Notes under the pieces: model-generated | Told to the model about the DNA's origin: nothing | The model's database searches: none | Seen by the model: the letters and a program-made list of their open reading frames with translations, nothing else | Made by a program: the position numbers and the translations under genes | DNA from: Schizochytrium sp. TIO01 | Lineage: Eukaryota; Protista; Bigyra: Labyrinthulomycetes | DNA length: 64,000 nucleotides | NCBI GenBank assembly: GCA_004764695.1 | Contig: SMSO01000007.1 | Span: 1,247,270-1,311,269, forward strand | Direction of reading: 5' to 3' | Part shown: positions 13,301 through 24,213 of the stretch, in pieces | Numbering within the stretch: position 1 is the stretch's first letter | Layout: every line of letters begins with the position of its first letter

Positions 13301-14795
13301 TGCGCGGCAGACCTTGCTTTGATTTCAAAAGGATCCCTACGGCCTCGAGTGAGGAGATATTCTTAGAATCGAGCCATCGTATCTAGAAAAGTCGGCCAAG
13401 GACCCAGCTCTGGTCCCATGCCGAGTTCAACTGCAAATAATACATTTCTTTCGTGCAAGAGAATCAATCATCTAAAGTCCAACTAATCCTTCTGAGAGAG
13501 CCTCGTGGCTTCGATGTTTCGCTCGACACCACAAACTCCCAAGGCTACAGAGACCAAAGCTTGGTTTCTACAGCCGCAGAGGAGAGCTCTGATAGCAGAG
13601 GTGGGCGGACATCCGACCTTCAAGAGGCTTGCTATTCAAGACGTCGCTTACCTATTACGCTTACCCATGGCCAAACATTGGTGCAGAGCCTTCAGCCTCA
13701 GCCACGTTTCGCCCGTGGCGTTTCATTGTCGGAATCCGCCTTACAGAGGGTCCTCCCGACTGTAAGCCTTTCCTGGCATTTCTTTCTACGTGGTTCTTTA
13801 GTTTCGCAAGAGAGTTGAAACCCGTGCCTCGATTGGTGGAAATCGTTGTCGCTAGTACCCGCACCAAAGACGAAGGAAGTCGCTGCCTGACGTGCAAAGA
13901 AGCCGCTGAGCATGAAGGACCTCGTTATCCTCATTACGCGGAGTGCCGCTCTGTAAGACAAGATGGGGCGGTCTCTGTGTGCTAAGAAGAGCATCGGCAA
14001 CTTCTTTTTCATTTTCATTACTCTTGATAATGATTGATGCTAAGTGAAATGTTGCAAAACTACGAAGAGTTCATCCAAAACAGAAATTACCGAACCGACA
14101 CTGCGCGTGCTTCCGAGATAGCTCTTTCTTCCCAGGTCACTCCCGGCACCGTGATTTTCCTTTTCTCTCTTTCTTGCTTGCCCGTCATACCTTTCGCAGT
14201 ATTGATGAAGACAAGGGTCCTCGGGATGGTTAACTTGAGCTTTGAAGTGGTTTACTCGAAGGATTCCTTCTGCGGCGAGGCATGAGAAGCATTTGCAGTG
14301 ATTGTCACACGTGCCGCAAAGGCGAATGTCAATTAATCAATCAATCAATCATGTTGTTGTTATTTTTTCCAATTAAATCGGAAAATAGTACAATTTTGAA
14401 ATAAAAAGAAAAGGGGGGAAAAAGGAAGGAAGGAAGAAAAAAAAGTAGGTTTTTCTATCTTTCAATTAAAGTAGAGAATGTAGTGTAAGTTTATTTAATT
14501 AAAAATGCTTTATCTTACTTTGCTGCAGCAATCAAAACTTTAAAAGTCCTCAGAGAAGTTAGTGCACTGTTCGCCTCGGCGGTCTGCGGACACTCTGCTC
14601 GTGCAGCCCAGTCGACGCGCCAGAAAGAACCGGCTTCGTGACTCTGTTTGAGGTGAAGCGCCAAGCCGCCTTTATATGGTAACCTTGAAGGCTTGTAGTA
14701 TGTGATGTTTGTTGTCTTCAGCATCGTCCCAAATTTGTGCCGACCAAGTAAAGTGGACAAGAAAAATTGTGTCCTACCGCTGTCTTTTTCCTCTC

Positions 14796-14797
<2 letters not shown>

Positions 14798-14829
<32 letters not shown>
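14798..14829. repeat. (TTA)n microsatellite
   Basis: About 10 TTA units. Confidence 0.95.
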
Positions 14830-16645
14830 TATATAAACAGAAAAGGAAACTATTCTATTTTTATTTTAGAATTAATGCTTTTTACAACTTTGTTGTGATG
14901 GTATTGGAAATAAAAGAACGTCTTTTGTTTCAATTCAAGGATTATATATAGATAGATAGTGAAATACTATTGCGCTTTCTTTCTTTCTTCTTCTTTTTTA
15001 AATGCTTTTAATTAAAAGATTTTGTAATGCTGGCCTTACCTATTGCTATGGTATCCAGTATTTACGACAGAGAGATTTCCGGCTAAAGTGATTCCTGACA
15101 GCACGCGCTTTCTTTTTTTTTCTACTGCGTTTTGTCAGAACTACCTCTTCCACATTTTTATTCTTTTTATATTTTCTCTTTTCGCATGGCATAAAACTAA
15201 ACTGAGTCATGATCCGAAGGCACTTGTGCCAATCTAAGCCATACAAAGCTTTTGATCCAAGCGCACCTCATCCCAAAGATAGATATCGCTTTCATCCAGA
15301 ATGAAGATTTAGTCACCCAGCTGCCCCGGCTGCTGCCACTCATATATCAGAGCCAAAGAACGCAGTCGCTTCAGTGTGCGCTTCTTCTTGAAATGCGGAA
15401 GAGACCTGACATTGCAACTAAGCTATTTAGCAGATGATTGATTGTTCACGATCGCAGGCAGCCACATCGAACTCGCATTGATTGGACGCGTTTCCAACTT
15501 CAAGGAAGGCCTCCGACTCCTGGAGGTAATCCACGAGAGCAAGCTGCCTCAGTCTGGAGCTTTGGCGTTTTGATCTTGATCTCCGGCATCGTAAAATCAC
15601 TCTTCGGCTGATCTGATGAGCTGTAGTTGAGGCTGTTTCGTTACCGTGAAACTAGCGGTGCTCGATTCGATGGGTTCGCGCGAGGACCCAAAACGAAAGG
15701 CAAACTGTCTGCTTCGTTCGTTCAAGATAACTTAGAACAACTTAAACTAGCGTGTACAACACAAGCTCATTCTCGGCAGCAACTGACTGCAATTCGCGAC
15801 TCTGTTCAGGCTCGATCGCAACAGCCTTGAAATGGTACAAGTCGGGCGACGGAACCCCCGGCGTGCATAACCAAGTTGAAGAACCAAGTTGAACCGAGTC
15901 TCGTGCTTTGCTAGGAATGTTATGAACGCCACCCATCCATGAATCCTTCGATCCATCTATATCTATGAATCAAGATGATCAAACCATCTACGAACAGGCA
16001 GCACAGAGACGGTGAGTCAGTCGATCTTGCCAGAGAAACTTTGGTGTTGGACTCGAGGTCTGTCTGCGGACCAGCACCGCGAAGAGCATTCATTGCAAAA
16101 GGGAAAACCTGGCGATGGAGACAAAACAAAGCAAGACAATACAAAAAGAATGCAATGCCGCCGTGTGTAATGAGCGAGCGGTTGTTTGGGCTTTTCAGGT
16201 TTGACCCCACTCTAATACAAAGTTTAACTCCTTACCTCTGACCAGCAAGAGTGCAAACTGAGGAGCGAGGTACCTTCTTCAAGTTGATGGAAGCCTTCTG
16301 AAATGATGACAGCGGTGATGAGTAAGCATTGGCTTCATGATAGATAGCTGGTACGCAACGCCACGCCGAGTTCGCGTGTGATGCCGGTGGGTCCGAATCT
16401 ACGAGCCGCCTTCCTCGCCTTCAAGTTGGCAATTGGCGGACTACGACCTGAACTCTACAGAATTACATACAATCTATCAAATGAGCTTAACCCGTGTGCG
16501 ATACTGGATTTGATGATACTATATAAACTAAGCCTCTCAAGCCGTGCATGTTTCTGAACTGAAGAAGGTATTAAAAGGGTGTGTACCTGTTTGGTCTGTT
16601 TCCTTGGCAGGAGTAGGACTTTGTTCTTCACAAACGCAGAAGGCC

Positions 16646-16762
16646 AGAGCCAAAACTGCTTTATCTCGGGTGTTGCAATGTGATGTGATCGGTCTCGGTA
16701 TAGATCTAAAATCGCTTTACCTCGAGTGTTGCAATGATGTGATCGGCCTCGGTACAGAGCCG
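16646..16762. repeat. Imperfect tandem duplication, about 57-bp unit x2
   Basis: gctttatctcgggtgttgcaatgtgatgtgatcggtctcggtataga versus gctttacctcgagtgttgcaatgatgtgatcggcctcggtacaga. Confidence 0.85.
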
Positions 16763-17506
16763 TCACTAGGCTGCAGCGTGGCACGTGCCATGAGCAAATA
16801 AATTTCTGTTCCACATCGTCCCTCATTCGTTGATGTGTTTGATCGTAATAATAGTTGGTAGGTAGGTAGGTACGTGCTTATATTCACTCACTCTGGCTGC
16901 TGACACCTTGGCGACTCCGATGAGGTTCTATACATGATTGCCATGAAAAAAATGGACCGCGGCCTGCCTGAGATAAACCTACCTAGATAGACAGCAGGAA
17001 CTGCAATGCACTAAAAAGTTATGTCGCGTTGGGTGAGTAAATATTTCAATAATCCAGGATACAAAATTAATGGAAGCGACAAATTAATGAGTCAAGAATT
17101 CAATTTGGTCAGGAACGACTAGAATACCTTTTGAGAGCGCGAGCAACTCGAAAATCAACATCAAAACGTCAGACGGATCGACGTCGATCACCATTACTAT
17201 GTATAGTCGCTTGAACAGATTGATAAGATTGTTGACAATATCGTGCGTTGCGGTGTAGGGCACAAGAATACAACAAAAAGATATTCAACAAACAAAAGAA
17301 ATCGCAATGGAAAATGAGTTGAAATAAACAATAAACAATAAGAAAAAAGTAGTAGAAGAATCAAGGCTTGCATTTCGCAACGACATATGTCAGGGAAATT
17401 ATCTCGGCCCTGAAAAACCAATGTTGGGTCTTCTGCCCTAGACAATTTGAAGAAAACAGGTTAGCCCTGTGATTAAAGCTGAAGGGCTGACGCACAAACT
17501 GAATCA

Positions 17507-19867
17507 TTAGGCTTCTGCCAAATCAGCCTGACGCCGACCCCTCCCGGGCATATCATCAAGGCTAATGACACCTCCGTCATGAGCAACACGCGCAGTATCC
17601 TCCTTGAGATCGATGAGGACGGGGTCACGGGTAATCTTCACATACAGCTCGGTGAAAATGTCATAGCGACCAGATGTGCATAGCACGGGAGCCCCGATTG
17701 CAAAACAAACGATGATTACAGCAATAATACCCACGCCAACACCAGCACCTGTGCTATAGCCAGCTGTACCCACTGGAAGCGTACCGCACAATACAGAGAG
17801 GATTCCGACAGTCAATGCATAAGGAGCCTGCGTACGCACATGCTGTGTCAGGTCACAACGTGCCGCCGAGCAGGACAGCACAGTTGTGTCCGAAATAGGA
17901 CTTGCGTGGTCTCCCATAACTGATCCCGCAAGTACAGCAGCAATAGTGCCGTAGAGAATGTTCAAGTCTCCTGGAGCAGCTTCCCAAGCTGGCTGTGTTA
18001 CTAGCGGGAAGACAATTGTCATCACCGACCAACTTGATCCAATAGCCAGTGACATAAAAGCCGAGACGATAAAGGTAATCGTCGGCAGCATGCCCACATC
18101 AAAGCTGCTACTAGTGATAGCTCGCGCGAAAAGACGATCGCAACCTACCTCCTTCATCAAAGCTCCTACTGTCCAGGCCAAAACAAGAACTACGATTGCA
18201 GGAAACAATGTCACCAAGGCACGTATGAAGTTTTCAAAGCTCTCTAGAGGGCCCATGAGAGGTCGTGCCAAATCTGAATCCTCGTTTTGTTCAGCGACCT
18301 GGTCAGCAACCCGTGGTTCGACACTGCCTGGTACTGACGATTCATTTTCCAATTTCCCAGAGTTCTTATCCTCCTTGGTCAGAACGAACTCGCGCAAAGC
18401 TCCCCACACATGACGTGGAAGTGGCGGAACCACTTCACCGTCTTTGACAAACTGAACACTGTACAATACCATTGAACACACAGCAGTGCCCACTGTGCCA
18501 AGTAAGAGAGCTGAGAATGAGTCAGCGCCCTGAATCACGTCCAGGAAACTCGCATCATCGCCCACCGAACTGCGACCTGTCTGAACCAGAATCCAAAACA
18601 CCAAAAGAATCAATATGGCTACCGGAATCAACATGTTGTATGCGCGGATCGGCGTGCCCTTCTTCACCTCGAGCTCGTTCTTCATGCCTGTGTCTTTATC
18701 GTCTGTACCTCCATCACCTCCATCTTTACGTCCAGTGACACGAACCTTACGTTCAGCAATCAACATCGGTCCAAAATCCCTCTGCATCAAAGCTAAGCAA
18801 ACTTGGAATGCCAACAAGTAGATTGGGTAGTAACGATATGCGATTGTCTGCAAAAAGACTGCATAACCACTCGTAGGCAAACCATCAGGTACAGTTCCAT
18901 TATTTGCTTCAACAATTGCATCGAGCTCGTCCTGAATGAGAGACACTTCAAACCCAACCCAGCTTGAAACTGGAGACAAACTAGCAATTGGCGCACTTGT
19001 AGCATCCGTGATCCACGCAGTCTTTTCACGGCAAACAAAGTTGTCCAAGATAGGACGCATGGTAGTACCAATCACCAGGATGTTTGTATAATCGTCGAAA
19101 AACAAAAACACTCCTGAGCAGAATGCAATTACTTGTGCCCAGCGCGGTGTGCGCGCAAATCTCACAAGGAGGCGCGTAAGACCCTGCGTACCACCGGTGC
19201 GTTGCATCATACCAACCAAACCAGATAAGAAAAGAGAGAAAAGAACGACGAATTGATGATCTGTGTCCACGACCGCATTCAAGAGGTATACAACAAAGGT
19301 TGCCTTGAAGCCTTCCATCAAAGTTCCGTACACCATACATGCACCAATGAAGACACCCATCAACAGAGCCACTTCGACTTTGCGCAATGTCAAAGCAATA
19401 AAGAGTACCATGATAAGAGGAACAAGGGATGCGCCCGCATTGATAGCTTGTGCTTTTGCTGAACTTGATGAAGTCACATTGGTATTTGCAAATGCACTAT
19501 CCAAGGAAATTTCAGCACGAACAGAAACCGTGCCTGTTGTGTAGACACGTTCAGAACCGAAATCTAGCTCACTCGGCAAGGCACGAGACGCATTCAAGGA
19601 CGTGGTGCCTGTACGCACCAGTTCGTCATTCAGATACAGACGCCAGTACAGCTCATCGCCGTTCACCCAATCCTCCTCTAAACTTTCCCACACCAAAGTC
19701 CCTGAAACATCAAAGGCTTCGTCCTTGAACAGGGTTGTATAACCAAACGCAACTGAACTCAAGACAGGAGCTACATCAATAGAATCACCCTGTGCTTGGC
19801 CTGACAGTAGAGTCAAGGCTAACAGCGTCGCGGCTTCAACGCATTGGAAACTTGGTGGCCGTACCAT
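17507..19867 (-). CDS. NhaC-family (LysW-like) transporter, paralogue 2, with signal peptide and extra N-terminal domain
   Basis: 786-aa ORF colinear with 780..3095; motifs FFDDYTNILVIGTTMRP, REKTAWITDATSAPIA and GDHASPISDTTVLS. Confidence 0.9.
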   Translation of the reverse strand: MVRPPSFQCVEAATLLALTLLSGQAQGDSIDVAPVLSSVAFGYTTLFKDEAFDVSGTLVWESLEEDWVNGDELYWRLYLNDELVRTGTTSLNASRALPSELDFGSERVYTTGTVSVRAEISLDSAFANTNVTSSSSAKAQAINAGASLVPLIMVLFIALTLRKVEVALLMGVFIGACMVYGTLMEGFKATFVVYLLNAVVDTDHQFVVLFSLFLSGLVGMMQRTGGTQGLTRLLVRFARTPRWAQVIAFCSGVFLFFDDYTNILVIGTTMRPILDNFVCREKTAWITDATSAPIASLSPVSSWVGFEVSLIQDELDAIVEANNGTVPDGLPTSGYAVFLQTIAYRYYPIYLLAFQVCLALMQRDFGPMLIAERKVRVTGRKDGGDGGTDDKDTGMKNELEVKKGTPIRAYNMLIPVAILILLVFWILVQTGRSSVGDDASFLDVIQGADSFSALLLGTVGTAVCSMVLYSVQFVKDGEVVPPLPRHVWGALREFVLTKEDKNSGKLENESSVPGSVEPRVADQVAEQNEDSDLARPLMGPLESFENFIRALVTLFPAIVVLVLAWTVGALMKEVGCDRLFARAITSSSFDVGMLPTITFIVSAFMSLAIGSSWSVMTIVFPLVTQPAWEAAPGDLNILYGTIAAVLAGSVMGDHASPISDTTVLSCSAARCDLTQHVRTQAPYALTVGILSVLCGTLPVGTAGYSTGAGVGVGIIAVIIVCFAIGAPVLCTSGRYDIFTELYVKITRDPVLIDLKEDTARVAHDGGVISLDDMPGRGRRQADLAEA

Positions 19868-19969
19868 ATGGACTTGAATGGGTCGCAGGAAAAACGAACG
19901 AGACTAGATAAGTTCACAATTTCAACAGAGATGTCTTGCTTTTCCAGCTCTAAGAAACTGGCCAAACCA

Positions 19970-19985
19970 AGTTTGGGGTTTGCTT
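19970..19985 (-). promoter_or_regulatory. Conserved 16-mer upstream of paralogue 2 ATG
   Basis: Identical to 3146-3161. Confidence 0.45.
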
Positions 19986-22869
19986 GCTTGCCTAATTTGT
20001 CACCACGGACGGCGGATCCAAACTCGAACAAGCTCACCCTATTTTTCGCAGCTAGCTATAAGCAAGTCCAGGATTGGAGGTGAAGTGATTTTGAGCAACC
20101 CAGTCCAGTGCATTTGAGTTGCCCACAAAATTGCGCAATGCCTCAGTATGGATATATACCTTTTCAATCATTTCTAGAGTATTTTCTAGGCCAAAAAACA
20201 GATGTCCTTCTTCTTTATCCGATTTCGATTTCAATTGCCCAGCGCGCGTGCCTGCCACAAGCAGTTTGCAAACAAAAACAAAGGAGAATGTTACAGATTG
20301 TATCAATAAAATTTTCTTTTATCCTGTTGCCTTCAACTCCTTCCGGCGAGCAACTATGTGCGAGCAGCTGTTCGTCTTTAAATGTTTTTTTACTTTCCCG
20401 TTCGATTGAAGAGCCTCGATCGTCACCCATTGCCAGCCCCAAGCAGGGAAAGAAGCAAGCCACAGGAGCATCCAATAGACCCGAGATCTTCTATTGTCGT
20501 GTCGATGCCTCCGCAACGCCAAATCTACGCAGTGATTGCTGAGCCATACGATATCGGGACCGCCATAATGTACGCTGTTTGTGTTTTCCTCATGTCATGG
20601 GGGGCACTTTACAATAACCCCAGCTTATCCAACACATTTAGTATGTATAAATTCTGACATTCACTCGGGTAAAAATTAGGTATGATGAAAAAAGGTGGTC
20701 TTCTGCCCCCCTTGCGTTGTGTTTCACCTTTTTCAGCCCCAGCTCCGTATTAGCTGGTCCCAATACACGAATAGTTGACACGTTTGATCTAAGACACAGT
20801 CTAGTTGATAGCAAATTCAGGACGATGCTGTCTGCCTTTGAGCTAGCTGCTGTATGACACTGGAATTGAGTGTTGCAATGACAGCTCTTCAGATACCAGG
20901 TAGTAGAGCACTACGCCAATTGTTCGCTCATCTTCAAGCACGAGAATGAAAATGAGGACACAAGCTACCTAGGTGCCGGTATAGCTTCACTTCACGAGAC
21001 AAGTGAGTAGGTGAAAATAATACAGAAAAGCTTAGTTTCCATAAGAAAAGAGGTCATTCTTTTCTTGTATCGAAAACACGCATCACTGGTATCAAGATAG
21101 GGTCAAACTTTCAAGTTGTAATGATGTCATAAGCAAATTCTTATTTCTATGCTAAAACGAGGTGACTCCTTTGTAGGTAAGTAAAAGTTATTTTTCTTTT
21201 ATCTGCATCTGTCTCTAGTATTTATTATACTACACCAAGGTTGCTTCTTCAGGCATAGACACCTCTGCTTTTTAAATAAGTTCACATCTTTCTTTAAATT
21301 AATATTAAATGAACAAGACGCTTGCGAAACAATTTATATTAAATGCGAAAGTGGTAACCATTATGATTATTCAAACTTTAACTTAGCGATGGTAATAAAT
21401 ACATCCGTAAATTAATGCTGCTTGTTTCTTCTTTCTTCCAGGGTCAGCATGAAGCGGTTAGAAACCTTCCCCTTTTCATCAAATCCCTTTTTCTAGTCCT
21501 CAGCAATTGGCAGGAGAGGGAAACTTGACGCTGGTAATACTACTATGCGACTATAATCTAAGTAGATAAGTTCAGTTTCATCTCCCAAGGAGCAAGGGCC
21601 TGCAAACTTAATGATAGCAACCCATTGACAAGAAATTAAAAGCTCGGACTGGAAGTCTATTTTGGCAGGCACACTTTGAAATGGAAAATAGAGCATACTT
21701 CCAATTAACTTGGGTTGTGCAAATCCACTCAAAGGAAATTCCTTCTTCTTCTTTTTTTTTAAAGAATACCTTATATTATGGTAGCCTGAAAGTTTTTATT
21801 TATTCATTTATTATATTAAAAAATTTAATATAAATAAATAAAAAGTTATTTCCTGCTTGCGTTCTTTCTTACTTTAAAACCTAATAATTAAATAATATGC
21901 GTGCCCTCTACTCTTCTCGTTGTTTTCTGTTGCATGAAAGAAAGCCTGAGGATAGTGACTGTACTATAAACGATTATAATCCCATAAGCACTCTCTCAGG
22001 ATTGGGAAGGCAATGAGCTCTCCGACAAACCCAATCTTCCACGTAATTCAGATAGTTGGACTCTAAGTGAAAGTGCCCAAATAAAGAAATATTCGACGTC
22101 TGGGTTGCGCAGGACCCCCTTCATGTTTCTCCACTGACAGAGCTTTCTCATGTCACTCGTGTTTCCGGGTAATAATCCTGGCTAGTATTGAGCAGTTAGT
22201 TGCAAAGAGCCAAATTGCAATTTCTGCGGTCTGCATAAGCAGCGTGTCCCTGAGCGAACGATGCCGAGCAAAACTCAGATGCCTGGAGGCCCAAGATAAA
22301 GGAGCGAGCAACACCGAGCGGTCCATAGGTCTCTGCAAAACTCGCGGAAAGCCAGTTTGTGATGCAGTATATGCAGACGCATTGGAAACGCTCTACTACG
22401 AACTCGTGGCCAAGTCTAGCGTACTCCCTCCCATCGTAGTACTGTCTAGCTGTGATTTGGTCATCATGGTAATGTTGCGCACTGTGCACTCAAAATCGAG
22501 GCTACTTGAATACGTGCAGGCATAGATTAAACAACAACCAGCCCGTCCAGTGTGCAACTTTCGAGTTACTAGTCGGCCAAAAACTCCCGTGCACGATGAT
22601 GATCACGCTGATGATGGCGCGTCCAGACAAGGGTGTTTCCTGCGTGTGCTACACAAATGGAACTCTCTCAGGCTTGTCGGCCTTCCCAATTATGCTACAA
22701 TCCCGAGGTATCTATCTACCAACCTGCTGGGATTTAGGTTAGAGCATTTCTCATAAACGGGTTGTGCAACTCTCTCTTTCTCTCTCTCCTGTGGTTGTGC
22801 AGGAAATTAAAACAATAGTTTAATAGACAAAGATGGAAGAAACCAAGCCGCTACAAGTGAATTCGGGTT

Positions 22870-23930
22870 TCCCTCGTTGGTGATTCAGGTAAGCTTCGAG
22901 GCATTCTGCAGTTCCTCAAGATACCTTCGCCTTGGAATGGCATGCCCTGCATCCAACGTTTGCCAGCACGGGAAATGTCTTTTGCCACTACGCATCACCG
23001 ATTGAATTGATCCATCCATCGTCAAGGCTCCAAGAGGTAGTGAAACTTTCTTCGAATCCTCAAGCACCCTGACTTTCGTCACCCTCTTGTGGGTTGTTCT
23101 CTATTTATATTCACTTAGTAGAAGCATGATGTTTAAAGCTTACAGTACTTGTAAAACCGGAAGAGGATGCCATACCATCCGCTCCTTTTGATTGAGCTGG
23201 ATGAAGTGTCACTCTTGAATTTTCTAGTGGGCTAAAGTTGACGACCATTGTGTTTTCGCCAGACTGGTCCCTCGCCCCCATACGTTGCAGGTTGCGACAT
23301 TCAATTGGGCAAAACTTTTTGGCATCTGTTCAAAGATCTGTTATGAAATTTGATTATTCACGGTGCAGCATCATCCAGATAATACGGTACTTCTAAACTT
23401 TTAAATGACATCCTTCGTGGAAGCAATAGGAAAACCCGCAAAGCGCAGTCGAAAAGCGTTTTGCAGGTGAGACGGTGCTCATGAGTAAAATTTGCCCAGG
23501 GTTGTCCAGGGTAATTGCACTATTTCTATTGCCGGAGTGCTCGCTACGTTAATTTAAAGCTACTTTGCTCACCCTCTAAAGCCGGACTATCCTGGAAGAG
23601 AGCTTTCTCGGGTTTACATTTTCCCACTTCAATTCTAAAACCACCACAACGCATGACTGCCTCTAGCTGGAATCAATAGAATCATTATCTGACAGCTTTC
23701 CAGAAAATTTCGCTTTAGAGAAACATCATCACCAGTGTCATCATCATAATTTCCCAAGAAAACTATGCAATTGGAGACTTCCCCATATTTATGACATCAA
23801 TATAACTTGGGTGACAGAAAGTGGTTGAAAATACCCACGCTCCATCCACGAGCTTGGGAAGAGCTCCCGTTTGTCAAAAGACTGTGACGCTACAGCAAAG
23901 TGCGCTAAAAGTTGGTTCTGAACTAATTTT
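22870..23930 (-). pseudogene. Possible decayed coding or mobile-element remnant
   Basis: Protein-like stretches broken by stops (e.g. FLGNYDDDTGDDVSLKRNFL; GCRACHSKAKVS*GTAECLEAYLNHQ). No family recognised. Confidence 0.2.
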
Positions 23931-24169
23931 AGTATAGATTACCGCCAGGATTTAAATTCGATGAACAAATGGAATTCATATTTTATACGCAAGAAGCAAG
24001 AAGTTTCTCTGGTTTTGGTAGCCTTGCAAACTGGCAATCCTATTCTTTAGTCACGCAACAGCAGTTTGTCGATTTGCACATACAAAATCCGGAACCTTGC
24101 AGTGAGCTTGCTCCTGTCAACAACTCTAAACCTAGTCAAACTAGTATATGACCCGACTCTTTGTGGAGT

Positions 24170-24213
24170 ACGAGCAAAACACGAGCAGGGCACGAGCAAA
24201 ACACGAGCAAACC
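24170..24213. repeat. 11-bp tandem repeat (ACGAGCAAAAC) x4, imperfect
   Basis: Units at 24170, 24181, 24192 and 24203. Confidence 0.85.

Noticed and set aside
12450-14290. Many short ORFs in a GC-richer island
   Set aside because: No recognisable domain in the frames I could translate, mostly non-ATG starts; not called as genes.
16330-16410. tRNA-like T-arm (GTGGGTCCGAATCTAC)
   Set aside because: No TTC in the loop, and no proper D-arm, anticodon arm or 7-bp acceptor stem.
16646-16762. Repeat pair considered as a CRISPR array
   Set aside because: Only two adjacent units, no unique spacers, eukaryotic context and no cas genes.
16960-17005. CTGAGA-containing stretch considered as a TPP riboswitch near the transporter gene
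   Set aside because: Lacks the conserved ACCTGAT...TAAT...GCG-AGGGA elements and is on the opposite strand to the gene.
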